Assembly (NCBI RefSeq): GCF_001194135.2
Contig: NC_069008.1
Coordinates: 13,250,283-13,314,282 of the forward strand
Source of the DNA: Octopus bimaculoides
Taxonomy: Eukaryota
Length of the DNA stretch: 64,000 nt
Reading direction: 5' to 3'
Both the position numbers and the translations under genes were made by a program. The notes beneath the pieces are model-generated. The model was not told the DNA's origin and did not search any database. It was given only the letters and a program-made list of their open reading frames with translations. Shown piece by piece: positions 24,997-35,703 of this stretch; position 1 is the stretch's first letter, and each line of letters starts with the position of its first letter.

Positions 24997-25341
24997 CGTA
25001 AACTCAAGTCATTCGGGCCATTTTCAATCCCAACCTTGTCAGGTAACATTGTACATTTATATCTTTAAGTGTAAGTTGTTCCCCTTTACAAGATGTATTT
25101 CCTCACTTATCCGATAGATGTCTCTACTGACTGGATTCAGCTTTGTTTTGTTTCTATCGAAAACATTTTTGCTGTTTTGTTTGTTTTCTCTCATGTTCGC
25201 CTCATTTTACACACATGTTATGTCTTGTTTGTTACCAAGCATTTGAATATTTAGAGTAAGGATTTAGATTCTATAAATGGAACAATCGAACATTTAAGGA
25301 AGATCTGCGCCGAGAAGAGAGCGGATGTTTACGACTGGAAA

Positions 25342-25504
25342 ACTTCCGGTTGTTTTGTCAATATGCGAGGTTACCTTGGCAACAGTAGACTGTTTAGGTA
25401 AACCGAAATCCTGCAGTAATAATGTCCGAGTTTCCTCGAGAAGTGCTCATGTGGATCCAGAGTTTGGATTTAAATTCAAAGATCGTCGTTCCAAAATGGT
25501 AAGT
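25342..25504 (+). promoter_or_regulatory. CpG-rich promoter/first exon with ETS site, RFX X-box and splice donor
   Basis: ACTTCCGGTT 25342-25351; GTTACCTTGGCAAC 25370-25383; CAAAATG|GTAAGT 25496-25504. Confidence 0.65.
25496..25498 (+). CDS. Predicted exon 1 (ATG only) of an 81-aa spliced protein
   Basis: ATG immediately followed by a consensus GTAAGT donor; phase 0 fits exon 2. Confidence 0.5.
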
Positions 25505-25579
25505 TACTTCCAGGTCGCGTGGGCGCTTGATAAAAGAATGGGGGGGGAGAGAAAGAGATGGGTGAAGAGAGAAACTAGT

Positions 25580-25755
25580 TTGTGGGTGTGTGTGTGTTGT
25601 TTGTGTGTGTATGTATGTGTTTGTGTGGGTGTGTGTGCGTGTATGTATGTGTGGGTGTGTGTGCGTGTATGTATGTATGTGTGTGTGTGTTTGTGTGTAT
25701 ATGAGTGTGTGTTTGTGTGTATATGAGTGTGTGTTTGTGTGTGTGTGTGTATTTT
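25580..25755. repeat. Imperfect (GT)n microsatellite
   Basis: Direct reading. Confidence 0.9.
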
Positions 25756-25959
25756 ACATGCGTATATTCAGAGTGAATGTTTTATATTCTTAGAAATGTT
25801 AACAACACTCATAAAATGATTTCTAACATAAGAACAGACCACGCATTTTTAGGGTTCAGGAGAAACCCTCAATTTAGTTGAACTCAGTAACCGACGTGAC
25901 CCACTACGCATTCGCTTGACCAGCTAAAAAGAGCAGCTATATTCCCTTTGACTCACTTA

Positions 25960-26136
25960 GAAAGGGTTTTAATCAAAGAAATTTTAATTCTATTCTGTAA
26001 AATAATATTTAATTAGTTTAAATGTGCACAAATGCATAAAAATAATTTTTAATTCCATTAGACATTCTAAAATAGAATTAAATTTCATTCAATTTTAAAA
26101 AAGGTAAAATCGGACAGAACTTATGGGATGACCTGA
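25960..26136 (-). mobile_element. Solitary end of the mariner found at 38777-40274
   Basis: Near-identical to 40096-40274, including TIR AGAACTTATGGGATGACCTGA-TA. Confidence 0.85.
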
Positions 26137-26302
26137 TAATTCAGTCGAGAAGATTACACTACTTGGAACAACTTAGGTAGTATAGAGTGAGATCTTCCCT
26201 ATGGTGTCTCTAGCCCATGGTTTGGACATGGCTTTATAGGATATAAGCAAGAAGTTCAACAGGGATAACAATGACAACAACTATAATATTAATAACTGTA
26301 TA

Positions 26303-26684
26303 GGCGTAGGAGTGGCTGTGTGGTAAGTAGCTTGCTTACCAACCACATGGTTCCGGGTTCAATCCCACTGCATGGCACCTTGGGCAAGTGTCTTCTACTA
26401 TAGCCTCGTGCCGACCAAAGCCTTGTGAGTGGATTTGGTAGACAGAAACTGAAAGAAGCCTGTCGTATATATGTATATGTCTGTGTGTTTGTCCCCCTAG
26501 CATTGCTTGACAACCGATACTGGTGTGTTTATGTCCCCGTCACTTAGCGGTTCGGCAAAAGAGACTGATAGAATAAGTACTAGGCTTACAAAGAATAAGT
26601 CCTGGGGTCGATTTGCTCGACTAAAGGCGGTGCTCCAGCATGGCCACAGTCAAATGACTGAAACAAATAAAAGAGTAAAAGAGT
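26303..26684 (+). mobile_element. Full-length CORE-like tRNA SINE (family A)
   Basis: GGCGTAGGAGTGGCTGTGTGGTAAG head, GGTTCAATCCC B box, CCTTGGGCAAGTGTCTTCTACTATAGCC core, (AAAAGAGT)n tail. Confidence 0.9.
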
Positions 26685-27044
26685 ATATAATTTAGGTTCA
26701 AGGGCACAATTTTTGACAAGAAGGGATCAGTTAGTAACAATGATTTCTGTACTTAACTGGGACTTTATTTTATTGAATGCTGAGGTTGGCTAATAATAGT
26801 TGTAATCAAAATTACAATTCTATTAATTAGCAAAGGTATCATAATTGTGCTAATCTGTTTACAGGGACCTTGCAAACGGATATTTAATAGCAGAGATATT
26901 TAACAGGTATTATCCTTTTGAAGTAGAGATGACTTACTTCAATAAAGGTTCATCATTGTATGCGAAACAACATAATTGGCAAGAATTGTCAAAGGTATTT
27001 GCCTAATACATTTTCATAATTCTTATTTATGTATTCATTATCAT

Positions 27045-27297
27045 CATCATCATCATCGTTTAACGTCCGCTTTCCATGCTAGCATGGGTTGGACAATTTG
27101 ACTGAGGACTGGCAAGCCAGAATGCTGCACCAGGCTCCAATCTGATCTGGCAGAGTTTCTACAGCTGGATGCCCTTCCTAATGCCAACCACTCTGAGAAT
27201 GTAGTGGGTGCTTTTACGTGCCACTGGCACGAGGGCCAGTCACACAGTACTGGCAATGGCCTTGCTCAAAATGGTGTTTTTTACGTGCCACCTGCAT
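27045..27297 (-). mobile_element. Family D RTE-tailed SINE
   Basis: Matches 16730-16975. Confidence 0.75.
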
Positions 27298-27644
27298 ATT
27301 AATCTATTTTTGTTTTTCAGAGTTGTTTTTTCTGAAATACAAAAAAGAAATTGTTGTTGTCATCACTAATTTCAAGCGAAACAAGACATTGTGTACAAGA
27401 TGAGATGGCTCATGACAGCATCGTTAGCCGTTTACATTTTAGACTACATTAAGACACAAATTAAAGCTATTTCTTTCATAAATATCCATTTTTACTCACT
27501 TTTGCTCGAAGAACAATGTCCATCTTACATTTTATCTAGAGATGAGATTTAGTGCCCAAAATCTTTTCTGCTTAAACTTCCTTAACTGTTACCAGGCAAA
27601 CAACCTTTTTTGAGGACATGGTCCAAAATGTTTTTATGTTTTCA

Positions 27645-27805
27645 GGCGCAGGAGTGGCTGTGTGGTAAGTAGCTTGCTTACCAACCACATGGTTCCGGAT
27701 TCAGTCTCACTGCGTGGCACCTTGGGCAAGTGTCTTCTACTATAGCCTTGGGCCGACCAAAGCCTTGTGAGTGGATTTGGTAGATGGAAACTGAAAGAAG
27801 CCCAT

Positions 27806-27840
<35 letters not shown>

Positions 27841-27920
27841 TTGTGTGTCTGTGTTTGTTCCCCCACCATCGCTTGACAACCGATGCTGGTTTGTTTACGT
27901 CCCCGTAATTTAGCGATTCG
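27645..27920 (+). mobile_element. Family A SINE running into a gap
   Basis: Matches 26303 copy. Confidence 0.85.
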
Positions 27921-28282
27921 NNNNNNNNNNNNNNNNNNNNNNNNNNNNNNNNNNNNNNNNNNNNNNNNNNNNNNNNNNNNNNNNNNNNNNNNNNNNNNNN
28001 NNNNNNNNNNNNNNNNNNNNNNNNNNNNNNNNNNNNNNNNNNNNNNNNNNNNNNNNNNNNNNNNNNNNNNNNNNNNNNNNNNNNNNNNNNNNNNNNNNNN
28101 NNNNNNNNNNNNNNNNNNNNNNNNNNNNNNNNNNNNNNNNNNNNNNNNNNNNNNNNNNNNNNNNNNNNNNNNNNNNNNNNNNNNNNNNNNNNNNNNNNNN
28201 NNNNNNNNNNNNNNNNNNNNNNNNNNNNNNNNNNNNNNNNNNNNNNNNNNNNNNNNNNNNNNNNNNNNNNNNNNNNNNNNNN

Positions 28283-28797
28283 CAGTCATTAATCATTAAT
28301 GATTATCATAGAATAGACTTGTAAATATTGTGGTCACTCAGTCATTAGTCGTGGCTAACTGTGATATCACAGAATAATCCATATTGTGAGTAATCAGTCA
28401 TTACTCATTAATAAATGTGATGGAATAGAGTGGTATATACCGTTAGTGTTCAGTCATTAATCATTAATGATTATCATAGAATAGACTTGTAAATATTGTG
28501 GTCACTCAGTCATTAGTCATGGCTAACTGTGATATCACAGAATAATCCATATTGTGAGTAATCAGTCATTACTCATTAATAAATGTGATGGAATAGAGTG
28601 GTATATACCGTTAGTGTGCAGTCATTAATCATCAAAGATTATCATAAAATAGACTAGTAAATATTGTGGTCACTCAGTCATTAGTCATGGCTAACTGTAA
28701 TATCACAGAATAATCCATATTGTGAGTAATCAGTCATTACTCATTAATAAATGTGATGGAATAGAGTGGTATATACCGTTAGTGTTCAGTCATTAAT
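28283..28797. repeat. 168-bp tandem satellite built from three 56-bp subunits
   Basis: Units start at 28283, 28451, 28619 and 28787; CAGTCATTA recurs at offsets 0, 56 and 112. Confidence 0.9.
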
Positions 28798-29470
28798 GAG
28801 TTAAGGTCTATGGCCTATAAATCACGTGTTTATGCTCTTTTTTGTGGGGTGGGTAAAGACCAAGGGTGATATTTTGGGGCCCTAGAATCAAATAAACACA
28901 AATTCTTAATTCTTTTATCAGACAAGGTTAGGCCACCGTTCTAGTTCATTGTTACCTTGTTTTATCCTCAGGTTAGCTCTGATTGAGCAGACTTATGACT
29001 AATGCCATTCTAGCCTTGATCATCCAATCTTTTTATCATGAGTGATGAGTGACTACAGTATGTACAACTATACCACACTTATGAATGGGTTTATTACAAA
29101 AATATTATAAACAATTATATACAGTCTTTAACATAGAATATACACTGTTATATACAGCTTGCGATATATGCAATTATATTCAGACTATTGTTTACTTTGT
29201 AAAATGTTTTGCATTAGGGAGAGAATCCAGCTGTAGAAACTATGCCAAGGCAGACAGTAGAGCTTGGTGCAATCCTCTGGCTTGTCTGTTCATGTCAAAC
29301 CATCCAACCGATGCCAACTTGGAAAATAAATGTTAAATGATGGTGATGTAGCATGCAATAAAAAGTACACAATGACTATAATACAAAAATTCAGTTCTAT
29401 ATTTAAGAGATGAGGAATTATGTACATTATTTACAATTGATGGATATTTGTCCTCATCTGGTTTGTTGTT

Positions 29471-29516
29471 AACACAACATTTCGGCTGATATACCCTCCA
29501 GCCTTCATCAGGTGTC
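29471..29516 (-). ncRNA. Minimal type I hammerhead ribozyme
   Basis: GACAC-CTGATGA-A-GGCTG(10-nt loop)CAGCC-GAA-AT/GT-T-GTGTT. Confidence 0.65.
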
Positions 29517-29569
29517 TTGGGGGAAATTTTGAACCTGGGTTCTCATTCCTAAGGTATTTTTCAATGTTG

Positions 29570-29623
<54 letters not shown>

Positions 29624-30025
29624 GATAGAGAGATGAGTTCTTAACTTTTGTATACGATTGCCAAATTCCATCACTAAGGTAAACATAGCTGACGTAGTCC
29701 ATCACTACGGCCAACTCAATAACAGAAAGTGCAACTCGAAAGTAACTTATTTATTGGTGCTTTGAACAATATTTCGGCATCTCATGTGCCTTCAACAGGT
29801 TCAAAATTAAATAAATGTCAGTCTAATTCATTTTTTAGTTTATATAGAGGACTGGAAACTCAGCAGAAATGTAATAGATAGAGAGATGAGTTCCTAACTT
29901 TTGTATACGATTGCCAAAATCCATTTTGGCAATCGTATACAAAATCGTATACAAAAGTTAAGAACTCATCTCTCTATCTATTACAGTTCTGCTGAGTTAC
30001 CAGTCCTTTATATAAACTAAAAAAT
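29624..30025. mobile_element. Penelope-like terminal-repeat fragment with partial tandem (253-bp period) and about 195-bp palindrome
   Basis: GATAGAGAGATGAGTTC(T/C)TAACTTTTGTATACGATTGCCAAA at 29624 and 29877; 29831-29920 inverted at 29923-30025. Confidence 0.6.
29761..29805 (-). ncRNA. Second-family hammerhead motif with variant core CTGTTGA
   Basis: TTTGAAC-CTGTTGA-A-GGCA(CATGAGA)TGCC-GAA-AT/AT-T-GTTCAAA; stem I is a perfect 7 bp. Confidence 0.55.
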
Positions 30026-30124
30026 ATTATTATTAATATTATTATTATTATTATCCAGGTCACTGCCTGGAATTGAACTTGGAATCTTGGGGTTAGTAGC
30101 CCGCGCTCTTAACCACTACGCTAT

Positions 30125-30260
30125 ATACCTTAGGAATGAGAACCGAGGTTTGAAATTTCCCCAAGACACCTGATGAAGGCTGGAGGGTATACCAGCTGAA
30201 ACGTTGTGTTAACGACAAACAAGATGAGGACAAATATCCGTCAATTGTAAATAATGTAAA
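30125..30260 (+). mobile_element. Family F ribozyme unit, head-to-head with the previous copy
   Basis: ATACCTTAGGAATGAGAACC...GATGAGGACAAATATCC. Confidence 0.8.
30165..30210 (+). ncRNA. Minimal type I hammerhead ribozyme
   Basis: GACAC-CTGATGA-A-GGCTG...CAGCT-GAA-AC/GT-T-GTGTT. Confidence 0.65.
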
Positions 30261-30759
30261 TAGAATACAAAAATTGTATTATATAAGTAAAAACAAATAA
30301 AATACTGTTGTATTGCTGAAAACTACATCTTCAAGTTTTACTTGCTCCAGTTTCCATGGAATGTGCTATGAGTGAAATTAAAGATCCAGGAACACATACA
30401 CATTGCAGATGAGGGAATTAACCATCTCTAAATTGGCAGAATGATACAAGCAGTGCATTGCGTGTTGTGAGCCATGGATTGGAACAAAACCAGAGCCAGG
30501 TATTGAAACCGCATCGCAGCCGCAGCTCTGCAAACTTACCCACTACAGTACCAACCGACTACATGTTATTAAAACATATTTAGTTATTTTCCCGAGGTGA
30601 ACTTGGAATTAAGTTTCTGCTTATCATTTCAGTTTTTCAAGAAGAAGAAATTTGACATTTCCCAGACATGTATTGATGGAACTATGTTCTGTAAAGAAAC
30701 ACAATGCATGCAGATGATGCAGCTTATATACAAAATACTCACAGATAGAAAGTAATTGC

Positions 30760-30813
<54 letters not shown>

Positions 30814-30934
30814 CATCATGATGATCATTGTTGCTATCATCATCATTACCACTGTCACCGCTGCTGCTGCCATTGCCACTGCTGCCACCACCACCACCAC
30901 CACCACCACCACCACCACTACTGCTACTCGTATT

Positions 30935-31730
30935 ATTTTGGTTTGGCTCAGGGTAGGTCTTATGCCTGGTAGGAATTATGTGGATAGCGGGTATTTACTA
31001 GTAACCTTAGATATCCATAAATTTTCAGCAGTCTTTCAAGTGCTTAGAACCCTCCTGATAATCCTTGCTGTCCCTAAGAGACAAACTTCCTGTAGGGGCT
31101 CTACTGGGCATTCTATTCCAATCTCCTTCAGCCATTTGTCTGTATCTTTCCTTACAGTTCCCAACGCACCAATTATTGTAAGTGCAGCCTCTACTGCTCA
31201 GATGCTCCAGATTCTTCCTATTTCAGATTTTAAGGGTTTGTATTTGTTTTGTTTTTTTTCCTCTTTCTTTGCAATCCTGAACTCAAACGGACATGATGGG
31301 TCAATAAGTAAACAACTTCGCTTTTCCTTATCTATTATCATTATGTCTGGTCTATTATTTTCTAACTTCTTGTTCGTTTGAATAGAAGAATCCCACAAAA
31401 TCTTACATTCCTCTGACTCTAGGACTCTTTCGACTCGATGATTCTGCCATGTGTTTCCTTTTCTTCACATCCCCATTTCTGGCACAGTTTCCAGTGTAAA
31501 ACATTTACAGCCTGGCTGTGCCACCATTTCTTATACTCTTCCTGTGCCAACTTGGAGCATTCTACCACAATGTGTGCCACTGTCTCATTCCAAGTTCCAC
31601 AGGCTCTTCATTTTTCTGATACATTCTGTCCATATATACTTCTTCTTAAGTTGTTTGTTTTTATTGTTTAATCTTGAGCTGCTTCAATTAGACTATGTTT
31701 TTTTCTTAATTACCTTTTTTTAACCAAACC
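30935..31730 (-). mobile_element. R4/Dong-like LINE 3' part (CCHC knuckle plus restriction-like endonuclease)
   Basis: SWVWLKKGN, LIEAAQD, zinc-knuckle remnant (..RACGTWNETVAHIVVEC), WDSSIQTNKKLENNRPDIMIID, VCLLGTARIIRRVL; 3' end abuts triplet repeats leading into (TAA)n. Confidence 0.8.
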
Positions 31731-31744
31731 CAGGATTTTGTTTT

Positions 31745-31964
31745 ACAGAGGCAAGGGGAATGAGTTCCTTTCAAGTGTTGGGTCTCACAGAGGCAAGGGG
31801 GATGAGTTCCTTTCAAGTGTTGGGTCTCACAGAGGTAAGGTAGCTGAGTTCCTTTCAAGTGTTGGGTCTCACAGAGGCAAGGGGAATGAGTTTCTTTCAA
31901 GTGTTGGGCTTAATGGAGGCAAAGTGGCTGAGTTTCTTTTGAGTGATGGGTCTCACAGAGGCAA
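31745..31964. repeat. 42-bp minisatellite, about 5.2 copies
   Basis: ACAGAGGCAAGGGGAATGAGTTCCTTTCAAGTGTTGGGTCTC units at 31745, 31787, 31829, 31871 and 31913. Confidence 0.9.
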
Positions 31965-32596
31965 TGACCAAGACCTTTGGCATTATGTTGTGCTTGAGAA
32001 GATCCACCAAGCTAAGCAGAATGTGTGAATGTGTGTGGTTGTAATTTTTTAATGTCCCTTTGTAATAATTTTGTTTGAATTGTCCAACATAGTGATCCAG
32101 TAAAATTAAACAGTACAATAATCCAGTGTTATTGATCCGGTATATTGATCATCCAATGATATAATTCAGTTTTATATTTGACCAAATATTTATTTATTTT
32201 GTTTTTAACTTTTCAAGATGGCCATTCAGTGTGGTGTCACCTATTAGCGACGATCTGTGTGATTATGACTATCAGATGCGTTTACCGTTACACGCTCAAT
32301 CAACAGCTACAAAATCTGTTAAGAATAACATAATGTTTACAGAACTATTGGTTTACCCTAATCAACTATTAAACGCCAGAAAGGTGAGTCAGTTTCCCTG
32401 GTACTCAAACCAGGTTTCCTTGTTTTTATATTTTGTTTAAAACTTGCAAGTCTTTAGTGAAGTATTGTGTGAGTTTTCATAAAAGATGGTACAATATCAC
32501 TATGATGATATGAGGGTAGTTTTCCTGGCTATGTAGATATAGTATTGTAAACTATCAGTTATTGTTTTTATAATAATGATAATAATAATAATAATA

Positions 32597-33072
32597 ACAC
32601 TCACCCTCTTGAGTATCGGCTAATATTTATGCCATGTTCAATATTATTATTATTATTATTATTGTTCAGTAGTTTTATTTTTATAACGTGCTTTCACTTC
32701 ACTACCGAGCGCAGCTCTGTGTGCCTTGGGTATGTGCTGTGGTTTGCTGTGATGCTCTTATGGTTACTGTATTGAAAGTGTTTTGCGTAGGATGTGTGCA
32801 GTGCCCAGTAGTGCAATTTAAAAAAAATTTTTCAATTTTTATAACATACAGAAAATTGCACTATTGGGCACTGCACACATCCTACGCAAAACACTTTCAA
32901 TACAGTAACCATAAGAGCATCACAGCAAACCACAGCACATACCCAAGGCACACAGAGCTGTGCTCGGTAGTGAAGTGAAAGCACGTTATAAAAATAAAAC
33001 TACTGAACAATAATAATAACAATAATATTGAACATGGCATAAATATTAGCCGATACTCAAGAAGGTGAGTGT
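32597..33072. repeat. Foldback duplication of an R4/Dong 3' end plus flank, arms of about 220 bp
   Basis: 32597-32819 inverted at 32853-33072; same LINE tail as 5101-5270. Confidence 0.9.
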
Positions 33073-33190
33073 CGTGGATTTGAGTTACAACCCAATGATC
33101 ACTTGAGTGAGTGTCGTGGATTTTAGTAGCAACCCAACGATCACTTGAGTGAGTGTCGTGGATTCGAGTGGCAACCCAACGATCACTGGA
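33065..33190. repeat. 42-bp tandem repeat, 3 copies
   Basis: GTGAGTGTCGTGGATT(T/C)(G/T)AGT...CAACCCAA(T/C)GATCACT(T/G)GA at 33065, 33107 and 33149. Confidence 0.9.
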
Positions 33191-33384
33191 GAGTTTTCCA
33201 AAAATCAGGGTTTTTATAACTACTCATACACGAATCATAGAACCGTGACCCCGTGAAAGATTTCTTCAACGAAGTTCAGAATTCGTATATGGGCAGTAAT
33301 TTTTAACCAATGAGAAATCAATAATTTCTCATGTTCGGGCAAATGAACTTATGTTCTCTCTCCGCCTCTTATGAGTTTGCTACA

Positions 33385-33550
33385 ATAATAATAATAATAA
33401 TAATATCGAAAAATACCTTAGGAATGAGAACCCAGGTTCGAAATTTCCCCAAGACACCTGATGAAGGCTGGAGGGTATATCAGCCGAAATGTTGTGTTAA
33501 CAACAAACCAGATGAGGACAAATATCTGTCAATTGTAAATAATGTAAACA
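33385..33550 (+). mobile_element. Headless family F ribozyme unit
   Basis: (AAT)n-ATCGAAAAATACCTTAGGAATGAGAACCCAGG... Confidence 0.8.
33453..33498 (+). ncRNA. Minimal type I hammerhead ribozyme
   Basis: GACAC-CTGATGA-A-GGCTG...CAGCC-GAA-AT/GT-T-GTGTT. Confidence 0.65.
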
Positions 33551-33559
33551 ATGTATCTG

Positions 33560-33860
33560 AAGATCATGTCTCATCACTTTGTCCCATGTATTCCCGGGTC
33601 TTCCTCTTCCACAGGTTTCTTCTACATCTAGAGATTGGCACTTCCTTAGGCAACTATCTTTACTCATATCCATTACATGACCATACCAATACAATCTCCT
33701 CTCTTGCACACTACATCTAACACCTCTTCTACCTGGTTTTTCTGGTAAACATTTACATTCTGTTGTACAAGCACACTGATACCATACATCAACTGAGCAT
33801 GCTAGTTTCATTTCTTATTTATTCCAGCAACTATCTTTTCAGAGCATCGTCCACCAATGT
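33560..33860 (-). mobile_element. RTE LINE C-terminal fragment
   Basis: VQERRLYWYGHVMDM...CGRGRPGNTWDKVMRHDL. Confidence 0.7.
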
Positions 33861-33908
33861 TAATTTGGTTACTCTAAGGACCCCCTTGGACACACACACA
33901 CATGCATA

Positions 33909-33941
<33 letters not shown>

Positions 33942-33970
33942 TTGAAGGTTTGGAGGTGATGTACAGAAAT

Positions 33971-34273
33971 TATATAGAAAAATTTTTTTTTAATTAAGGT
34001 ACTCAGAAACCTGGATGTTTGTACATTTACAGATTTTTATTAATGTCACATATTAAATGAAGCGCTTTTCACCTAGTCGTGTAGGTTTTTCAAATTGTTT
34101 TGAGAAAACATCCTAGCGGGTCTCTTTATATAGTTTTATTGAGTGTGTAGGAGTGGAGAGAGAGATATATAGGATAGTAAAAAGCGCTTCATTTAATATG
34201 TGACATTAATAAAAATCTGTAAATGTACAAACATCCAGGTTTCTGAGTACCTTAATTAAAAAAAATTTTTTTC

Positions 34274-34279
<6 letters not shown>
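33971..34279. repeat. Inverted repeat with about 99-bp essentially perfect arms
   Basis: 33971-34069 inverted at 34180-34279; 110-bp spacer. Confidence 0.9.
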
Positions 34280-34305
<26 letters not shown>

Positions 34306-34554
34306 TACACCTACAGATAATATATATGACATATTTATTTGTAACTCTGCTTGTGCTCATGTCTGCATGTGTGTATTAAGAATGAATATTAAATGGAACC
34401 AGCAGAAAGTAAGGGGTTTCCATTCTCATCCAAGGCTCTCAAGAAACACACACACACACACACATACACACACATACACACACGCACACAGATGTGTTTT
34501 ATGTGTTTCTATTCAATATCCAAATAATTCTTCCTCTTTTTTTTTTTTCTCTAG

Positions 34555-34711
34555 GCACAAAAAATTATAGATCGTCATATGGAACTGAGACTGAAAAAAC
34601 GTGTAGAGGATCCAGAACGATTCCATGTCCATCCTACTCTTGGTCAACAGACTGTACGCCAACAAAATATTGTGGCACACAAGGAAGATGTTGAGAAAGC
34701 TCCTCTAAAAA
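34555..34711 (+). CDS. Predicted exon 2 of 81-aa protein (AQKIIDRHMELRLKKRVEDPERFHVHPTLGQQTVRQQNIVAHKEDVEKAPLK)
   Basis: Strong polypyrimidine tract plus TCTCTAG acceptor; stop-free non-repetitive 52 codons inside low-complexity DNA; weak donor A|GTTTGC. Confidence 0.65.
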
Positions 34712-34939
34712 GTTTGCTTGCTTTTTTTTTTTTCTTTTAAGAAATTTCAGTTTTATCCTCCTCCTCATAATCATCCCCACCATCTGCTTTTTGCTATTAC
34801 CATCATTCCTATCAGACTCCACCCCTTCCTTTCCATCATTATCACCACCACAACTACCAACAACAACAACATGAGCCATATAATCAAGGTGACGCTTATC
34901 ATTAATACCTTTGTCATTGCCATCATAGCATTTACAATT

Positions 34940-35703
34940 ACTCTTTTACTCGTTTCAGTCATTTGACTGCGGCCATGCTGGAGCACCGCTTTTTAGTCGA
35001 GCAAATCAACCCCAGTACTTATTCTATTGGTCTCTTTTTGCCGAACCGCTAAGTTACGGNNNNNNNNNNNNNNNNNNNNNNNNNNNNNNNNNNNNNNNNN
35101 NNNNNNNNNNNNNNNNNNNNNNNNNNNNNNNNNNNNNNNNNNNNNNNNNNNNNNNNNNNNNNNNNNNNNNNNNNNNNNNNNNNNNNNNNNNNNNNNNNNN
35201 NNNNNNNNNNNNNNNNNNNNNNNNNNNNNNNNNNNNNNNNNNNNNNNNNNNNNNNNNNNNNNNNNNNNNNNNNNNNNNNNNNNNNNNNNNNNNNNNNNNN
35301 NNNNNNNNNNNNNNNNNNNNNNNNNNNNNNNNNNNNNNNNNNNNNNNNNNNNNNNNNNNNNNNNNNNNNNNNNNNNNNNNNNNNNNNNNNNNNNNNNNNN
35401 NNNNNNNNNNNNNNGATAGAATAAGTACTAGGCTTACAAAGAATAAGTCCTGGGGTCGATTTTCTTGACTAAAGGCGGTGCTCCAGAATGGCCGCAGTCA
35501 AAAGACTGAAACAAGTAAAAGAGTAAAGAGTACATATACATATATACGACGGGCTTCTTTTCAGTTTCCGTCTACCAAATCCACTCACAAAGCTTTGGTC
35601 AGCCCGAGGCTATAGTAGAAGACACTTGCCCAAGGTGCCACACAGTGGGACTGAACCCGGAACCACGTGGTTGGTAAGCAAGCTACTTACCACACAACCA
35701 CTC
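34940..35703. mobile_element. Family A SINE pieces in both orientations around a gap
   Basis: Minus tail 34940-35059, plus tail 35415-35530, minus head 35540-35703. Confidence 0.75.

Larger units (their letters stand above)
29390..30129 (-). mobile_element. Hammerhead-bearing tRNA SINE (family F), interrupted in its (AAT)n spacer
   Basis: tRNA-like head at about 30056-30129, ribozyme unit at about 29390-29570. Confidence 0.8.

Noticed and set aside
31745-33190. 42-bp tandem repeats as CRISPR-like arrays
   Set aside because: No unique spacers, and the context is eukaryotic.
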